This document shows, one piece after another, positions 40,201 through 54,494 of a stretch of 64,000 nucleotides of DNA (within the stretch, counting starts at the first letter, position 1; each line of letters begins with the position of its first letter). The translations under genes were made by a program, and so were the position numbers. The notes beneath the pieces are model-generated. The model ran no database searches. It saw nothing but the letters and a program-made list of their open reading frames with translations, and was not told where the DNA came from. Source of the DNA: Squalus acanthias. Its lineage: Eukaryota. The stretch spans positions 22,568,001 through 22,632,000 of the forward strand of contig CM059427.1 in NCBI GenBank assembly GCA_030390025.1. Reading direction: 5' to 3'.

Positions 40201-42156
40201 TGGCGCATGGATACTTCTGTCGTTTACATATAAACGGTTGTCAATCAGCCATAGTTATTGCTGTTACTGGGTTTAAGTAGGAAACAGATGAACAGAAATA
40301 GATCCCTGTTTACAAAAAAAAGTATCAAACAGCCTTAATATACTGCATGAAACATCCCTTCTACAAAGAACGGGAAGAAACGGTTACCCTTGCCTCAGAT
40401 AAAAAATAGGCTCGCTTGACTGAAACTTGGAGGTTAATAGCTACCTAATGAAAATCATGCCTGTGAATACAATTTCCATCATTTCACCCCTGGCAGACGT
40501 CATTGCCCAGAAAAGCAGCTGGGATCTGCAGGCAAACTCAAAGTTTGTAGTTTCAGGTTGAAATTTCAACAAGAACTCTCAGCATCGGGAGAAACAGCAA
40601 GCCTGAGCTGATAGGCGTGCAGTTCCCGAGCTGGTTAGCTTTAGTTCCTGATAGCTGAATCGCTCATGAATAAACTGAATCCCATGTTTTTTCCTTCAAG
40701 CGACTGCGTTTAAAGTTTAATCGAAAAGAGTGCCTGATCTGGTTAAACTTGTATTCACCAGTGAACTTTGTTCCTCACGCTCCGGTGGTTGTCTCAATTC
40801 CACAGAAAGCTTCAGGGAAATAGAATCAGCAATGTCTTCACTGACTGTTAACCAGAAGAATTATGCCTATACTTCAATGTGTATTGCAGCGTATGTTCAT
40901 TCAAAATGGACCAAAATCAGTTTTGAGTCCAATACGCGCTAGACTTTGCTGCAACCATATTCTTTTTCAGCAACTTCTCATTTATTTGCGTAAAACAAAA
41001 GTCAGCTGAAAATTCGCAATTTAAAACGCGTTATCATTGTGTAATTATAATATAATGTTCACGAATTTGTACATTGAGATGGAAATAAAAGCTGCCATTT
41101 TCCCAGTTTTAGCTGCATTCTAGAGCAGAAACACTGATCACAGCCTCGGTTAAAACCTCCGGCAAACTACTTTTCAGTATGATGAACATTTCCATTAATT
41201 TGTAATGCTGCATATTAATTTTGTCATTTACTTTTTGGCAAAATATGTATTTTGCAGAAATGTTTGCTTCATTTAAGCAAGTTTATATGAAAGTATAAAT
41301 GGCATAAATCGCCCCGGTGCCCTTTCTGTACAAGCCATTCAAGTCATTTTATTATTTTTAAAATCTGACCCGTAAGGCGAGAGAGTTTATATATACAGCT
41401 CGTTGTTAATTTAAATGTATATCTTAGCTCTGTTTTACTTTTCTATTTGTTTTGCTATCTGAAATGATTACAGAGCCGCTTCTAATCGAAGGGAGATACG
41501 CCAGCAATCCGAAAAGCACAAATTAACACTGATCGGGTTCATTGAATAAACCCCAGTGATCAGCGACAAACAAACACATACCGTATTTATCTGTAATTGT
41601 GGAATGTTGTCGGGTAGGTGCCTAATATAAAACAATGGAGTATGTGCATGTATATATAGTTTAAACCGGCTGCAAGCGTTCCTGCCGAAATCCTGAGAAA
41701 GGTTTTTCTTTGTTGAAAAGACATCTCGAATCACATTGTGTAGATTATAATTTAAATTTTAACTTTAAACTTCACTATTTCTTTCGCTCTAAAAAATATC
41801 TATATTTGTAGTCGATTTATTCGGGAACATGTCAACGCAGCGAGTCTATGAGCAGTTAAACCAATGTGCACAGTGGCATTGATTTTGTTTTACTTTTAAA
41901 TCTGTAACTGCATTCGCACGCTTGAAAATGTTTCAGAAATCGTTGAATATTATTACAACATATTTTGGAAGAAGTATTTTAAGGGGAAGATTGTAAAATT
42001 GGACGCCAAGCGGATTTTTAAACAAATGGTAGACCGGGCTCTATATTTTTGATTCATGTTTTGAAGACTAAAACGCACGTTAACATAAAGAAATGTTTAC
42101 TCCAGTTAAAGTTGAGAATGATGCATTTTGCTAAGATTAGCTCGGAATGCTCACTG

Positions 42157-42206
42157 TTTGTTGTGATAATGCTGCACTAGTTTTGTTGTGATAATGTTGC
42201 ACTAGT
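42157..42206. repeat. 25-bp tandem duplication (2 copies, 1 mismatch)
   Basis: tttgttgtgataatg(c/t)tgcactagt occurs twice head to tail. Confidence 0.9.
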
Positions 42207-42804
42207 TTACACATTTTCAGTTTTCGTTTCTGAATAACCTCATTTATTAAAATTGAGAAATTTAAGAAATGACTTATCCTTATTCTCGAATCCCACTCTG
42301 CATTATCTGACATGTACCGCGCCGACTGTGACCGGAGTGCACGACTTCATCCATTGTGGAAAGATCATATTTTAGAGTTTCGGTGATTGAACATCATTGG
42401 AACAAAGGCGAATACAGGCACAAATATGGAGATTTTTTGTGAAAATTGGAATTACAACTGTCTACAACAGTTGTAAATTGTTATGAAAAATCCGTCAATT
42501 TGTTCTTACAATTTTTTAAATATCGAAAGTCTGTACAATGTAACTATTTAATAATACATTTCCACAAAGTTATATGGAACTTTTTACGTTCACACGTGTT
42601 TGATTTTTAACGTTTTAGGTGAGTCTACAATTGTAATATTAAACTTATATTTTGAAATTCCTCCGAAGAATCAGACTTCAACTATTACTGTTTTTCATGT
42701 TTTCTAAATTAAAAAGTGCTACGAAAAGTTACTACTTTCCTTTTAAGCGTTTTACTATGTTTCTGTTGCCACTTGCAGGTTTCCAATTGGGTATAGTGGA
42801 GCGA

Positions 42805-42840
42805 CAGCACCCCCCAGTGGATAATGATATGAACTACGAC
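42805..42840 (-). promoter_or_regulatory. Candidate CTCF site between HoxD9 and HoxD8
   Basis: Minus strand CGTAGTTC-N10-CCACTGGGGGGTGCTG, a core motif plus an upstream-module-like sequence. Confidence 0.55.
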
Positions 42841-43912
42841 TGAACCGGAACTGGGGCTACTTTGGTTCACTTTTGTGCACAATCATTTAAGAACCAGTTA
42901 ACATGCTTGAGAAGAAACGAAACATAAAAGGAGCTCCATTAGATCTCAATAAATGATAGAAATGGTTTTATGTAAAAATGATTCAGAATTGTCACTACAA
43001 CTTGTCTCACATACTCTATGCACTAAGAAGGCATTCAGCACTCTCCAACGAAACTACAGAGGTTCAAAAAGTTAGATGATAATTTGAAACTTTATACACT
43101 TGGTATTGGGCAGAAAGCAGTCGACTAATCATATATATTATACTCCTGATATGGCTCTCCAAAACATATGTAAGTCAAATCGGCTGCTTGCCTATATATG
43201 TTCATTTCTACGGTGATCTAATAATCCGAATAAGGGAGGGGGGATGTGTAACTGCACGTGTATACAGAGACAAAGAAAGAAACACAGATGCACAGAGGGA
43301 ATCCTATTAGCGACTACTAAATATCTGGAAAGATCTAACTATGTCTTTCTATAGGTTGAGAAGTATTGCTGGATGTGCTGCATTTGCTGTTGTTAGAATC
43401 TTTTTTGCATTTATAAATACGTTTGTACTGCGTATGTGTGCGAGATAAGAAATATTTATATGGAGATGCAAAATGAAATAAATTCGTAAAACACAAATGC
43501 AAAATAAAGCAATTTCTCTAGCTGTGTTCAATTTAGTTTCGATTCGTCGTTTAAACAATCTGTTACACATATTCGCGATAATGCAGATTTACGCAAAATA
43601 TTAGTCAGCATGTCCAGTCAAAAAGTAATAACGCGGGAATCTGTAGGCTTACTAAATTTACTGAAAAGACATGCGGCAGTAAACAACAGAGACGTTCAAA
43701 ACTATAATACTTAAGTGCAATATATTTTGTTATGCACGATGCAAATGATTTATACGCGAAATATACTTCATTGTCCTTCGTACGTATATGTTTGGGAATA
43801 GATAACAGTTTGTCCAGACTCAAGTGACAAGGCGGAATTAATTGTCTTCGCCCCTTTAACTAGTGTCTGCATTTTTGTTTGTCACCAACAGACAAAAACA
43901 TCTGAATTGGTT

Positions 43913-43995
43913 GATTTCAAAGAAGTCCGTAATTACATGAAGAAAACCATAAAGCCATTAAGGTCAGACGTCTAGCCAGTTGTGGGGGTTTATTG
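43913..43995 (-). promoter_or_regulatory. Hoxc8-early-enhancer-like element upstream of HoxD8
   Basis: CTGGCTAGACGTCTGACCTTAATGGCTTTATGGTTT...CTTTGAAATC, giving Smad-like, Hox, Cdx and Tcf/Lef motifs in the order recalled for the mouse Hoxc8 early enhancer. Confidence 0.7.
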
Positions 43996-45959
43996 TACCC
44001 CGTTCCTTCCTGTTCTAAAATACTGTATGTAGAATTGTGGCAATAGATGGCGTTGCAATTCAACACCTTCTGAGCACTAAAAGTTTTCAGAGAACTTCTC
44101 CAAAAAGAATGAAGTTCTAGTTTTACGACTGCACGCAATTGTTTCCAGTCCGAACCGATAATGAGAGTGACGTGAAATAAAACGAAGCTGTCTGTGCTCT
44201 GTGGCTATTTGTGCGTACAGTTATAGTTAATCCGCACCCAATGCTTTACCAACAATGTATATATACTTTGTTGCTGTTTATTTTTAGACCTTTAACTAAT
44301 GTACCAAGTGTATTTGTAACTATGAATCATTCCAATCTGCTACTCGTCGGATACGGGTGAATAATATGAATAACACATTGCTCTAACAATAAGGGAGAAA
44401 CTATAAAACACCTTACAACAGTCTATAGAGGGCTGCTTAAGGGATGGACACAACTTCCTTCAAGCAGATACCAACTCATATACTAAGGAAATAAAAAAAA
44501 TACATTGATTAAAAAACGTTTTTGTTTTACAAAATACTTTGGCCAACGTTATCTATAAACCCCAAGAGTTTAGTGGACAGTTGCTAATTACTACAATCCA
44601 GAAAGTCCAAGATTTCTGAATTGTTTTCATAATATATACCAGCCAATGGTCCTTCTCCATCATGAGGTCAATATTAGAGTGCTGATCAGCTAATTTGAAC
44701 GAAATCCCCTTTGGGTCATCTTAATATTAGCATCCATTTAACAATACTGACTGTTTCAAACATAAAGCAGAGACAATGTAATAATGGCCTTCTAACGGAA
44801 TATATAGCTTTGCAGTCCCTCCTGAAATGGCTAATTGTTTACATCCAAACAGCGTTTATCGAATCATAAATGACTTTTACACTAGCAGCAAATCTGAAAT
44901 GTTTATAAACTTTTTATTATTATCATAACGAGCAAAGGTACAAAACAGTGAACATGAGTGGAACTTTCTGCTTTTAATTATAGTCTTTTGACTTTTGCAG
45001 CACAGTATAATTTTTATTGTCACATCTGTGGTAGCTATTAAATACTGTGAAGGATCTAGGAGTAAGTCAAAAACTACCGTGACATTATATTTTCTTACAT
45101 CTTCAAACTTCATTAATTACATTGGATTTGATTTATGTAATGGTCCAAGTAACGCCTCTTTATAACAGTATTCAAATCGACGCAATAAGCACCGCATTAA
45201 AGCAGGTCATATTCACTTGTCACTAAAATAAACTTGCTTCAGATTGTCCCAAACGCACAAAAAAGATGCCCACGGCCATTGGAAAAGTAACAGAATTTAA
45301 ACACCTTTCTATGTATTTGTGTTCCTTAGTCAAGATGCCTATAGTTTAAGGACACGTTTAGGTTATTCGAGAAATATACTTTCCCATAGTGACCGTGACG
45401 CTCTGCTAATGTAACTTGAAATATTTTAAATAAATATTACATTGGCTTGATACCCTTTATCAGCAAGTGATAGTGTCTTTCCACTGGAAAATAACTGATT
45501 GATGCACAGCCAGTGGCGTTTGTATTACATTCCACAGAGTAACCGGCATAAAAACTGAATAAAACGGAAAAGGGGTTGCATTTCTCTATATTTATATCTA
45601 AATAATACACTAACAGTACAGCAGAAACACAGCATTTTACACGTTGCACAGCTAAACAAATGCTCAAATATGCGTGTTTTATTTCTATATAAAACAAGTA
45701 TATTTTAATAATGTTTTAACGTAATACAACCAACGTGCTGACATCAGTTTAAATTCTGTTTAATGTAAGCCAATAGCAGCAAATCAGGGACAGTCTATAG
45801 ATAAAAGGCAGTTGTTTAAACACAGGATTGCTCTGAAACAGTACAACACTGGGAAACATAGACCGTGCTTCGAATAGACCAGGCACCACTAGATAGACAA
45901 AACACTTTTTACACAGTCTGTAGGATTTTCAAATCTATCGCTAAGATACGGATGATCAA

Positions 45960-46201
45960 TTAAGGCTCTTCGTTATTTTTCACCTTGTTCATCTTTTTCA
46001 TTTTCATTCTTCTGTTTTGAAACCAAATCTTTACCTGCCGCTCGGTAAGATTTAAAATTCTAGCAACTTCATATCGCCGGTCTCTGGTAAGATACATATT
46101 AAATAAAAACTCCTTTTCTAATTCAAGCGTCTGGTATTTGGTGTAAGGGCAACGTTTCTTCCTGGTAGAGCGAGCGTGGATCCAATTTATTGCAGGGTGA
46201 T
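45960..46201 (-). CDS. HOXD9: Hox-D9 exon 2 (homeodomain)
   Basis: [71 protein letters not shown]. Acceptor TCCTTCCAG|. Spliced product 265 aa. Confidence 0.97.
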
Positions 46202-46762
46202 CTGGAAGGAAAGGAAAAAACAATAATTACAATCTGAACATCTCCTGGATATTTTCCATGGAATTTCAGACACACTCAAGCATTCCCACAAACGCAATAA
46301 TATGTCTCAAAGCAGCGGTGCTCTTTCCCCACTAGTTACTTGTCAAGTTCAGGGCGATTCAATATATTAAGAAATGGAGGCAGCGATTGATTTCAGTCCG
46401 TTTGGGCCTGTTTTGAAGTGGGTTGTTATCAAATAGAAAAGAATATTTGATAGAAAGAATGGAAAAATACAGTTATAAATGTTTAAACTAGAAACATGTA
46501 TTTTGCCTTCGACTTTCAGATAGCCCTGTAAAATTCAGTGAGAAGGAATGCACCAACTTTAAAATAACCTTTTACTGTCTTGTCAGACGCAAATGTGTGT
46601 GTAAAAATTATCTGTAAACAATATAAACTCTTTACTGCTGGCTGTAGCTTTTCAGACTTGGGTAGGCGTCTAGACATTTTTATAGGTTTGTAAAACCATC
46701 AGCTTTGCACACTCGGGTCTACAGGTTCGGGTTGTAAATCAAGCTGCAATTTTTGCACTTAC

Positions 46763-47318
46763 TTGGGTCAAGTTGCTGTTGTTTCTCCTCCTTGTGCTCA
46801 CTGTTGCTCGTAGTCTCGGAGCTGGTGCAGCCAAGCTCATTGGGAAGCTTCTCCCTGCTCTGTGGGTAGGGGCCGCACGTGAATTCTGGCAGGCTGAGGG
46901 TTTGCAGCTCATAGGAAGAGCACTCAGTCCTCTTGGTTGCTAAAGTTTCTGGCTTGATCCCGTAATGCCGGCCGTTGGTATGGAATCCGGGGAAAGAGAC
47001 TGAAGTGGAAAGTGGTTCTAACCATGAGCGCACGTATCTGGTGTCTCCAGCTGCAAGATGCGATTGATGCATGTAAGGATGGTAGATCCCTGCAACGGCG
47101 GCAGAGGCTTGAGGATGAACGGGAGACCAGGGATTAGAAAATACGGTTGACTTGGGGGCAAAACTGCAGGAAGAGAAATCTGAACTGTCTGCTACACCTG
47201 ATGGCCTTGAAGCTGTGCTGTGTGATCCTTGGGCATATCTAGTCGCGTATAAGTCCTCTGTCTCCTGTCCTATCAAAGAGTCAACATAATAATTGTGTAT
47301 AGTGCCACCGGTCGACAT
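46763..47318 (-). CDS. HOXD9: Hox-D9 exon 1
   Basis: MSTGGTIHNYYVDSLIG...RSWLEP...HYGIKPE...QQLDP, donor A|GTAAGT. An alternative in-frame ATG lies at 47339. Confidence 0.96.
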
Positions 47319-50300
47319 TTTAGGCTCTCTCGCTTTCATAGAAAAGGTTACACTGGAAAGTGTATCTGATACCTTCACTCAGAACAATCATAGTATTTTG
47401 CCGACTACAGCTGCAGCTATTGGTTGCGCGGCTCACGTGATTGTATTTACCAATACAGCGAGTAAATCAATCCGCTCAGCGGTGTGACCACAAATGGGCC
47501 TAGCCCAGCTTTACAAGAAATTTTTAAAAATACATTATCAATGGGCAAAACAAAATCACTTGATCAAGATCGTTGGAAACATTCTGCTGGAGCCAAAGGG
47601 ACACGCTCTCCAAGTGCAGTTAAAAAAGGTTTCTGGAGAAACCGGGGACTATTTTCCCCCCGCAAGCTAATTAATGTCTGTCACTCATTTCATAATCAGC
47701 AGTGAGTAGTCCATGATCTATGTCAAGAGCAAATATCTGTTACTTTAGTGCAATAAAGCGGCAAGAAAACACCTTCGAGGTACGTTGGTGTTTCTGTACT
47801 GTATACCCTGTCTAGAGAAGAGTTTTTACAGACCATTGACTAGCGGCTCCCATAAAAGCAGTAAACGACAAGTTGTAAAATGAAGGATTTGAGCCTTTTT
47901 TTAAAAAAAAATCTTGAGTACACGAACGTGCTGATTTTATTTTCCCCTCTTCGAATCTTCGTCTAATATTTTAATTTGTTTTAAATATTACCACATTTTG
48001 AGGTAAACGGTTCCTCGCCCGCTTTATAGTCTATGCTCAGAAGCCACCATAAAGGCTTTTATGTCTATCAATAAAATTTTTATGAGGTGCATTTGATTAT
48101 ACATTAATGTGTCTTTAATAAAACAGGCCTCTTTTGGCATAGTAAAGTATGTTTAACCAACACTGGACGCTTAAGATTCCCACAAAGGTACAAGTATTCC
48201 CGCCTATAAATATGTTTCTAGTACATCGCCTGTTAATGGCAGTCAGTGTACCATCGTGTACAAAAGAGGAGAATGCACCCGCTGTTTGCAACATAAACGC
48301 ATCACCAGCTCCAGTGCCATGTTTCACTGCTCTCGCTGGCCGATACAATGGAGGAATTGCAGTGAGTCTATGAGTAAAGGTCGAGAAGATTGAGTTGGTT
48401 CCGAGTTTTTAAAGATGATAGCCATTAAACAGCTGCAGAGAGACTGCGTGTTTCTTCAGATAACACGTTCAGTGACCGTCCACCATGACACGAATCAGGC
48501 AAACTTCATTTGTGATAAAAGGAATAAGTTTCGTTTTACATTAAAAAATCCTCGCATTTCTAGGTTAATTCCTCTTTACTTTTCACATTGAACTTTGATT
48601 GTTTCTTTCTGTTGCATGGTCAGAAACGGCGCAGTAATCATGGCATTCACCATGACTAGTTTACAGGCATTAACTGAGCCCACCTCATGGAGGTTTCAGA
48701 AAAGAAATCACATTTCGCTAAAAAAAAAAGCGTTGTATTCTTATCTGCTCCTTTTTTCGTGTTTATGGGCAAAAGCGTTATTATTTATAATTTGTTCATT
48801 ATAAACGAGAAGAAAACACTGCTTCATGGATCATGGGGAAAGGCTAGAATCTAAAGATTTGCAAAGCTGAAGGAAAAGGCAGGTCAATAACCATTCGATT
48901 CAATTTTACTCCAGTATGAACCGTTATATATTATTGGCTCACATGGCTATACCTTAGTGCACTTAAGACACTTTATTTAAGCAACTTGTAACCATTAAAG
49001 ACCAACTTTGATTTCTATTTCACCAATTTATACACGTTATCACGCATTCAAGATTGTGCAAATAATAATAATCTTGCCGAATTTAGACACACGCTGAGGC
49101 GACTTTTTGACCAGACGTTTCTCGCAAGATTCCAATTTTTGCGATGTTGAAGGAATTGGAATACATTCAATCTTGTTGTTTCATGTCATTTACAAAAGAA
49201 AAATACGGTTTGCTCCTTTCCTGGCTGTTCAGTGCTTTAAGAATAAGGAATGGAACATACGCTACAGTTAGGTGCTGCTATATCTAAACAAACGCGTGGA
49301 TTGCATTTTCCCGTTTAAGGTTATTTAAAATAAAACGAAAATTAAATTAAATTTCTACAACATTCATTTTTTTAAAGTTTACTGCATTTCGTATAAGGAA
49401 TGTCGTCGCAAAGCGCATTCTTTCGTTGGCTGCCATTTTGCAGCACTTCAAGTAAAACTTAATTTTCTAAAGCGATAAAATAGTTAAGATTGACTGTCAA
49501 TATCCCTAAATTAACCCAGAAAATGCGTTGCTACTTAAATACCCGATGAATAGTGCATTAGCGATAAAGCATTATGTTCCTTATAAGTGTTCTGTTATGT
49601 AATAGAGGATAAAAAAATAGTACTTTTAAATAGTTTAAACATTTACACAGATCAGGGTTCTATAAAACTCAGTTAAGTGAATCAGTATTATAAATATAAT
49701 TATTATGAAGGAAAAATAACTAATTTCACACATTAATAAGTTTAAATCTACTAATTGAAGCTAACTTTATTTATTTTCTGATTTGTATATAGAAAGTCAG
49801 CTGTTAAAAACAAATTGGGAAGACTAATTTTTCCCTGTTCTCTCGTGTAGACTAATCTGAGCGAAAATGAATTCTATTTCGTATTAGTGGAAGTGGAAGA
49901 CGAAACAAATATTATGTTAAGCAGTCACGGCAAGGTTTCGGTTTGTGTTTCGCATTGTGTAAAATAAGTATTTTATTTCAAACTTGGACTTGGTTGAGCT
50001 GGTTTGATTTGGTTTCATTTATTATATCTGTTTTCTTAATGCCCTTGTATACTCTGTAATTTTAAGCGTTTCACGTCTCGTTTCTGTTTTTAAGTCTTGT
50101 AAATGCGACAGATGTGCAGCAAAGTTGTTTAGTTTAATTTAACAACATTATAATGTTTGTGGCACTAAACTGTTATCGAAGAATTTGAGCAATTGTGATG
50201 TAAATGCCCAGTACTTTGTTACTATTGTATTAGATACCTGCCTCTTTGCTTTTATTTAGGCTGATCGGTAAAGACTAGGATTTCGGTAGATTTTGAAATG

Positions 50301-52163
50301 GCGTACATCTGTAAATACAAAGGTTAACTTGACTCTTGAAGCGGTTTATTAATTGGTTTGAACCTTCTCCATCAAAAAGAATGCATCGAGCTAAACCATT
50401 ATCCGACAGTTCCTTTCTGTCCAATCTATATTTACAGTGCTTCGATTTGTTTTGCATCTATGAAACTTAGATAGAGGAATTTTACACTATTAACGCCCTT
50501 TAGATATATCACGAAACTATGCAAAATTCGTCACCTTGTGTGCTAAAAATATCAAAGACCTAATCATGTTACTAAAATTATTCCTTTTTTTATTGCCGCG
50601 GGTGACATTTACATGATACAGCTGGGCATCCTTAAAAGAAACGAACATTGAATTAATTTTATGTTTGACCCTGACTTGCAACCAAATATTCTTACAGTGT
50701 TTCGAACCGGATAATAATACGTGAGCATAGCAATTATCATTTGCATTGAACACGTCGGAATAACTAGCCCGAGAGGTGTCACGTATGTTTATTCACACCA
50801 AGGCCGCACTAATAAAGTGGTTTTGATATCGTGGTTAAAGTCAAACTAAAATAGATAAATAATCTAAGTACCTAACCGTGAACGTCTTTCAGTTAATAAA
50901 GCGGATTATTACTTTCCGTATATATTTCTATAGCAAACTTTAACTTTTAACATTGCAAATTCAGATCGTTACTTTAGATACTACCAGTTTATATCCCAGT
51001 AGAGGGTTTATACTAATACACATAAAGAAAACTCATACATTTGCATTGATACAGACTTCTGCACTGAGAAGACAAAGCATAAATAAATATGTTTCTATTT
51101 GGGCGTGTTTCTTGGGCCAGTATGTTATGCATGCTTTTTACAAAAATAGAATCCTATCAACGCAATAAATTATAATTTGATAAATAAATGCGTACATTTA
51201 CAAATGCTGTGCCCTGTATCAAACTGGATGCACTGTCCGGTCTAATTTTGCAGTTTGGTTTAATTTAGAATCGAACTCATTTAGAGAAAACTACCCTGCC
51301 GATTTAGTGTTGGTCACTTGATACTCCCAACGGCGCAAAGTACTGTTCTGAAGTATTAGAAAATGAATTCGAATTAATATCTATAATTACATTATTACAT
51401 TTAATTTATTAAACCATTAAAATATTGTGAAAAGCATTATGTTTGCGGTTGTTAAATCATTTTGATTGAAGTACCTATGAGTAATTTAGCAATTTCGCCT
51501 ATGGCCATTGGCGAAGACTTCCCAAGTTGCAAAACAGATTGAAGAAATTGAAATCTAATTTAGGATTTATTATTTATATTTATATTTATATATATATACG
51601 TGCAACAGACACATGCATATAAATACACATGAAAATTTGCATTACGACTCCATCACACACTCCAGAAATGGACCTAAAGAGTTTCTTCTACAGACCTAAT
51701 TATTTGAACACTGTACGTTATGGGACTATTGTTTAAGTGTAACTCTGTAATTAACAATTCAAATCGTGTGCTTCTAATAAGATTCTTCATTGTAGTGTCC
51801 CATCTGATTTGCAATTACTAAATAAATGTCCTCTTTCTGCATACCGTAATGTTGCAAAATTTGATGTTCTGATGTACAGTAAACTCCCAAATTGCAAGAA
51901 TATCCGTAGCATGTCAAATAACTTAAGACCTACTTACTAAACAAAGTAAATAATTAGCCCTGTGTTAAATAGAACAACATTTTAGAAAATATTCTTGCTA
52001 AGGTAAACGTGCTATTGTACTTTCAGACAACCATAACACTAACATGGTCAAATCAGAATAATCGACAATATCCCAGAGTGGATAAACAGAACGATTCCAC
52101 AGTCCCCAGTAAACCACTACAATATCAAATGTGTTGGATCACGTTCGAATCAGTGTTCCATGC

Positions 52164-52435
52164 TCACGAGAAGGTCAGATTAGTGGTCAGTTCTCGAATT
52201 CGGTTTTCTCTGCTCATTTTCTTCAGCTTCATTCTACGATTTTGAAACCAGATCTTGACTTGTCTGTCGGTCAGATTCACGCTCTTACTTATCTCTAGAC
52301 GGCGCTCACGAGTCAGATACATATTAAATAAAAATTCTTTCTCTAATTCCAGTGTTTGATATTTTGTATAAGGGCATCTCTTCTTCCTTCCACTCTTTGC
52401 TGTTAGCCAGTTGCTTATCGGAGTTTTGACCTCTT
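52164..52435 (-). CDS. HOXD10: Hox-D10 exon 2 (homeodomain)
   Basis: [90 protein letters not shown]. Spliced product 336 aa. Confidence 0.97.
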
Positions 52436-53661
52436 CTATCAGAAGTAAAAAACAAGAAATGAGATTCAGCAAACATGTCTCTAACATACTACTTCATACC
52501 AACCTCAGCTAGTGCTGTTAACACAAAACTGACACCTTACGCTGTACACAGACTGCAACAACTTAATACATGTTCTTTACTTGTTGGCATATAGTCAAAA
52601 CAAATATACACACAAATTGGCGCAATTCAAAGAGAAAATCGCTTAATCGGTTAAGGAAACCAAAAAAATGCATTTGGAGGTTAGCAAATAGTATTATACA
52701 ATACATTGTTTATTATTTTGCACATCTGGGGATAGGTTTGTTTGTGAATTGTCAAATAAATGCCAAAGTAAAATGCGGATACGAAAAGCATACAATTTGA
52801 TAATATTTGATGGATGATTAGGTAATGTTATTACTTGTGAACTGAATATAAAGCTGTGGGTTGCAATGCACCAATAGGTTTTTCACCAATAGGTCGTTTT
52901 TCAACTTCATAACTAAATTTAATGATTGTATAATCCTGACAGTACAAACGTATGTGGTCATGACAATAATTCTGGAGGTAAATCTCAGAGTATTAAACGT
53001 ACTATCGCTGCCTCTTATAGCGCAGCTTAATTGGAATTTACGATTATACGTGGGTAGCAATATTTCACAGTATTCGAATGGAACTTTTATCACAGCTTAT
53101 AGCAATATGTTACATATCCAACATAAACTATTCCAGGGGAAACGATAATTTTAACTGCGACCAGCACTCTCCCGCTCAATACTTCCAAGTCAGCAAATGA
53201 TGCAAGTAACTTACTTCCCACAATAGAGCGAGTAGGACTGAGCTTGGACGTTGTGCTAAATATATAAATAGTTGTCCTTAATATATGTCGTGTATGGTAC
53301 TAAAAGGTTCATACAATACCATAGGTCTCGTATTATATGACACATACCAACGCTAAGATGAAACTATCAATGTTACACTGACATCTGTAAATGGTTTACT
53401 AACCTTTACTATGTCATTAACAATGTCATGGTATTACTGAGCAAATTTCCCAACAACTCATTGTAATAAAAGAAAACTGTCATTTTATGCAATGTTATTC
53501 AGACTTTCCTTGCCCTTTTTTTTGTAAATTTAGGTGACCAGAAGAACACATAACTTGCCCAATAAATTGCCACAATAAAGTTACCTATTGTAGTGGCTGT
53601 GCAACCTTTGTATCAACTTTACGATGCTGACATGTTCACATTAAATCTTTGAAAAGCTCAC

Positions 53662-54400
53662 CTTTAGCCTCTTTGTCCGATAGTTCCGAGCTAGACTCGG
53701 CTTCTTCAGCGGTTGCACTGGCCTCCAGTAAACTCGGCTTTGGTTCAGGACTTTCCACATATATTCCCTTAGTGGATTCCTGTACGTTTGGTTTCTCGTT
53801 CATTTTCCTTTCCACTGGAGACTGGCTGGCTACCTGGAGTTTACTGATAAACCCTAGGTTTGACTGCGGCATTACATTTGAACCGATCTCCCCAGCGTGA
53901 TTATAATCCAGGCTTTTCTCCAATGGGTAAGCCTGACAGAGTCTGAAATATCCCGGGATGGGAATCTCAGGATTCTCAATGGAACAGGTTTCGGAGACCA
54001 GCCTGGGATAGGCGGGAATTGCTGTAGGATTGAGTTTGGCCCGTTTATCGGAATTATACATGCAGCAAGTGCTTTCTTCCTTTATGCTAGCAGGAAAGGA
54101 GCACGTGGGCATCTGTGGAGTAACAGGTTGTTCAATTCGGCATGGTCTTGAAGGGTCAGCCCAGCCATCTACCTGAGATAAATACGGATGAACGCTCATA
54201 CTCATATTTTGATGGCTAACCTCTCCTCGTTTAGTCATGGTCGGGAGCAGTCCACAGGTCTGCATTCCGTAAGTTCCCATATCCGTGCTCGATGGCATGT
54301 ACATGGAGCTGTTTGAATAGAAGCTGTCACCCCTACAAGCACTAATCAGGGAATCGACTAAAAACGAGTTAGTAGCAGGAGAGCTGTTGGGACAGGACAT
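53662..54400 (-). CDS. HOXD10: Hox-D10 exon 1
   Basis: [29 protein letters not shown]...[10 protein letters not shown]..., donor AAG|GTGAGC, phase 1. Confidence 0.97.
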
Positions 54401-54494
54401 TTTGGAGAGTATTTTGAAGAAGGCAGATGATGTCCTTTGTAAGCTGACATCTCTAACAAAACATTCCCTGTGTAATTGTGGATGCCTCTGTACA

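Noticed and set aside
47800-47830. TATACCCTGT resembling the miR-10 5' end, or an 8-mer target site
   Set aside because: No complementary arm for a hairpin, and it lies upstream of HoxD9 rather than in a 3' UTR.
48325-48362. CTCF-like GGCCAGCGAGAGCAGTG with upstream CTGCAATTCC
   Set aside because: Needs a 1-nt gap in the core, and the upstream-module spacing is too long.
48400-51300. Search for a mir-196 hairpin between HoxD10 and HoxD9
   Set aside because: No mature or star sequence seen, consistent with HoxD clusters lacking mir-196.
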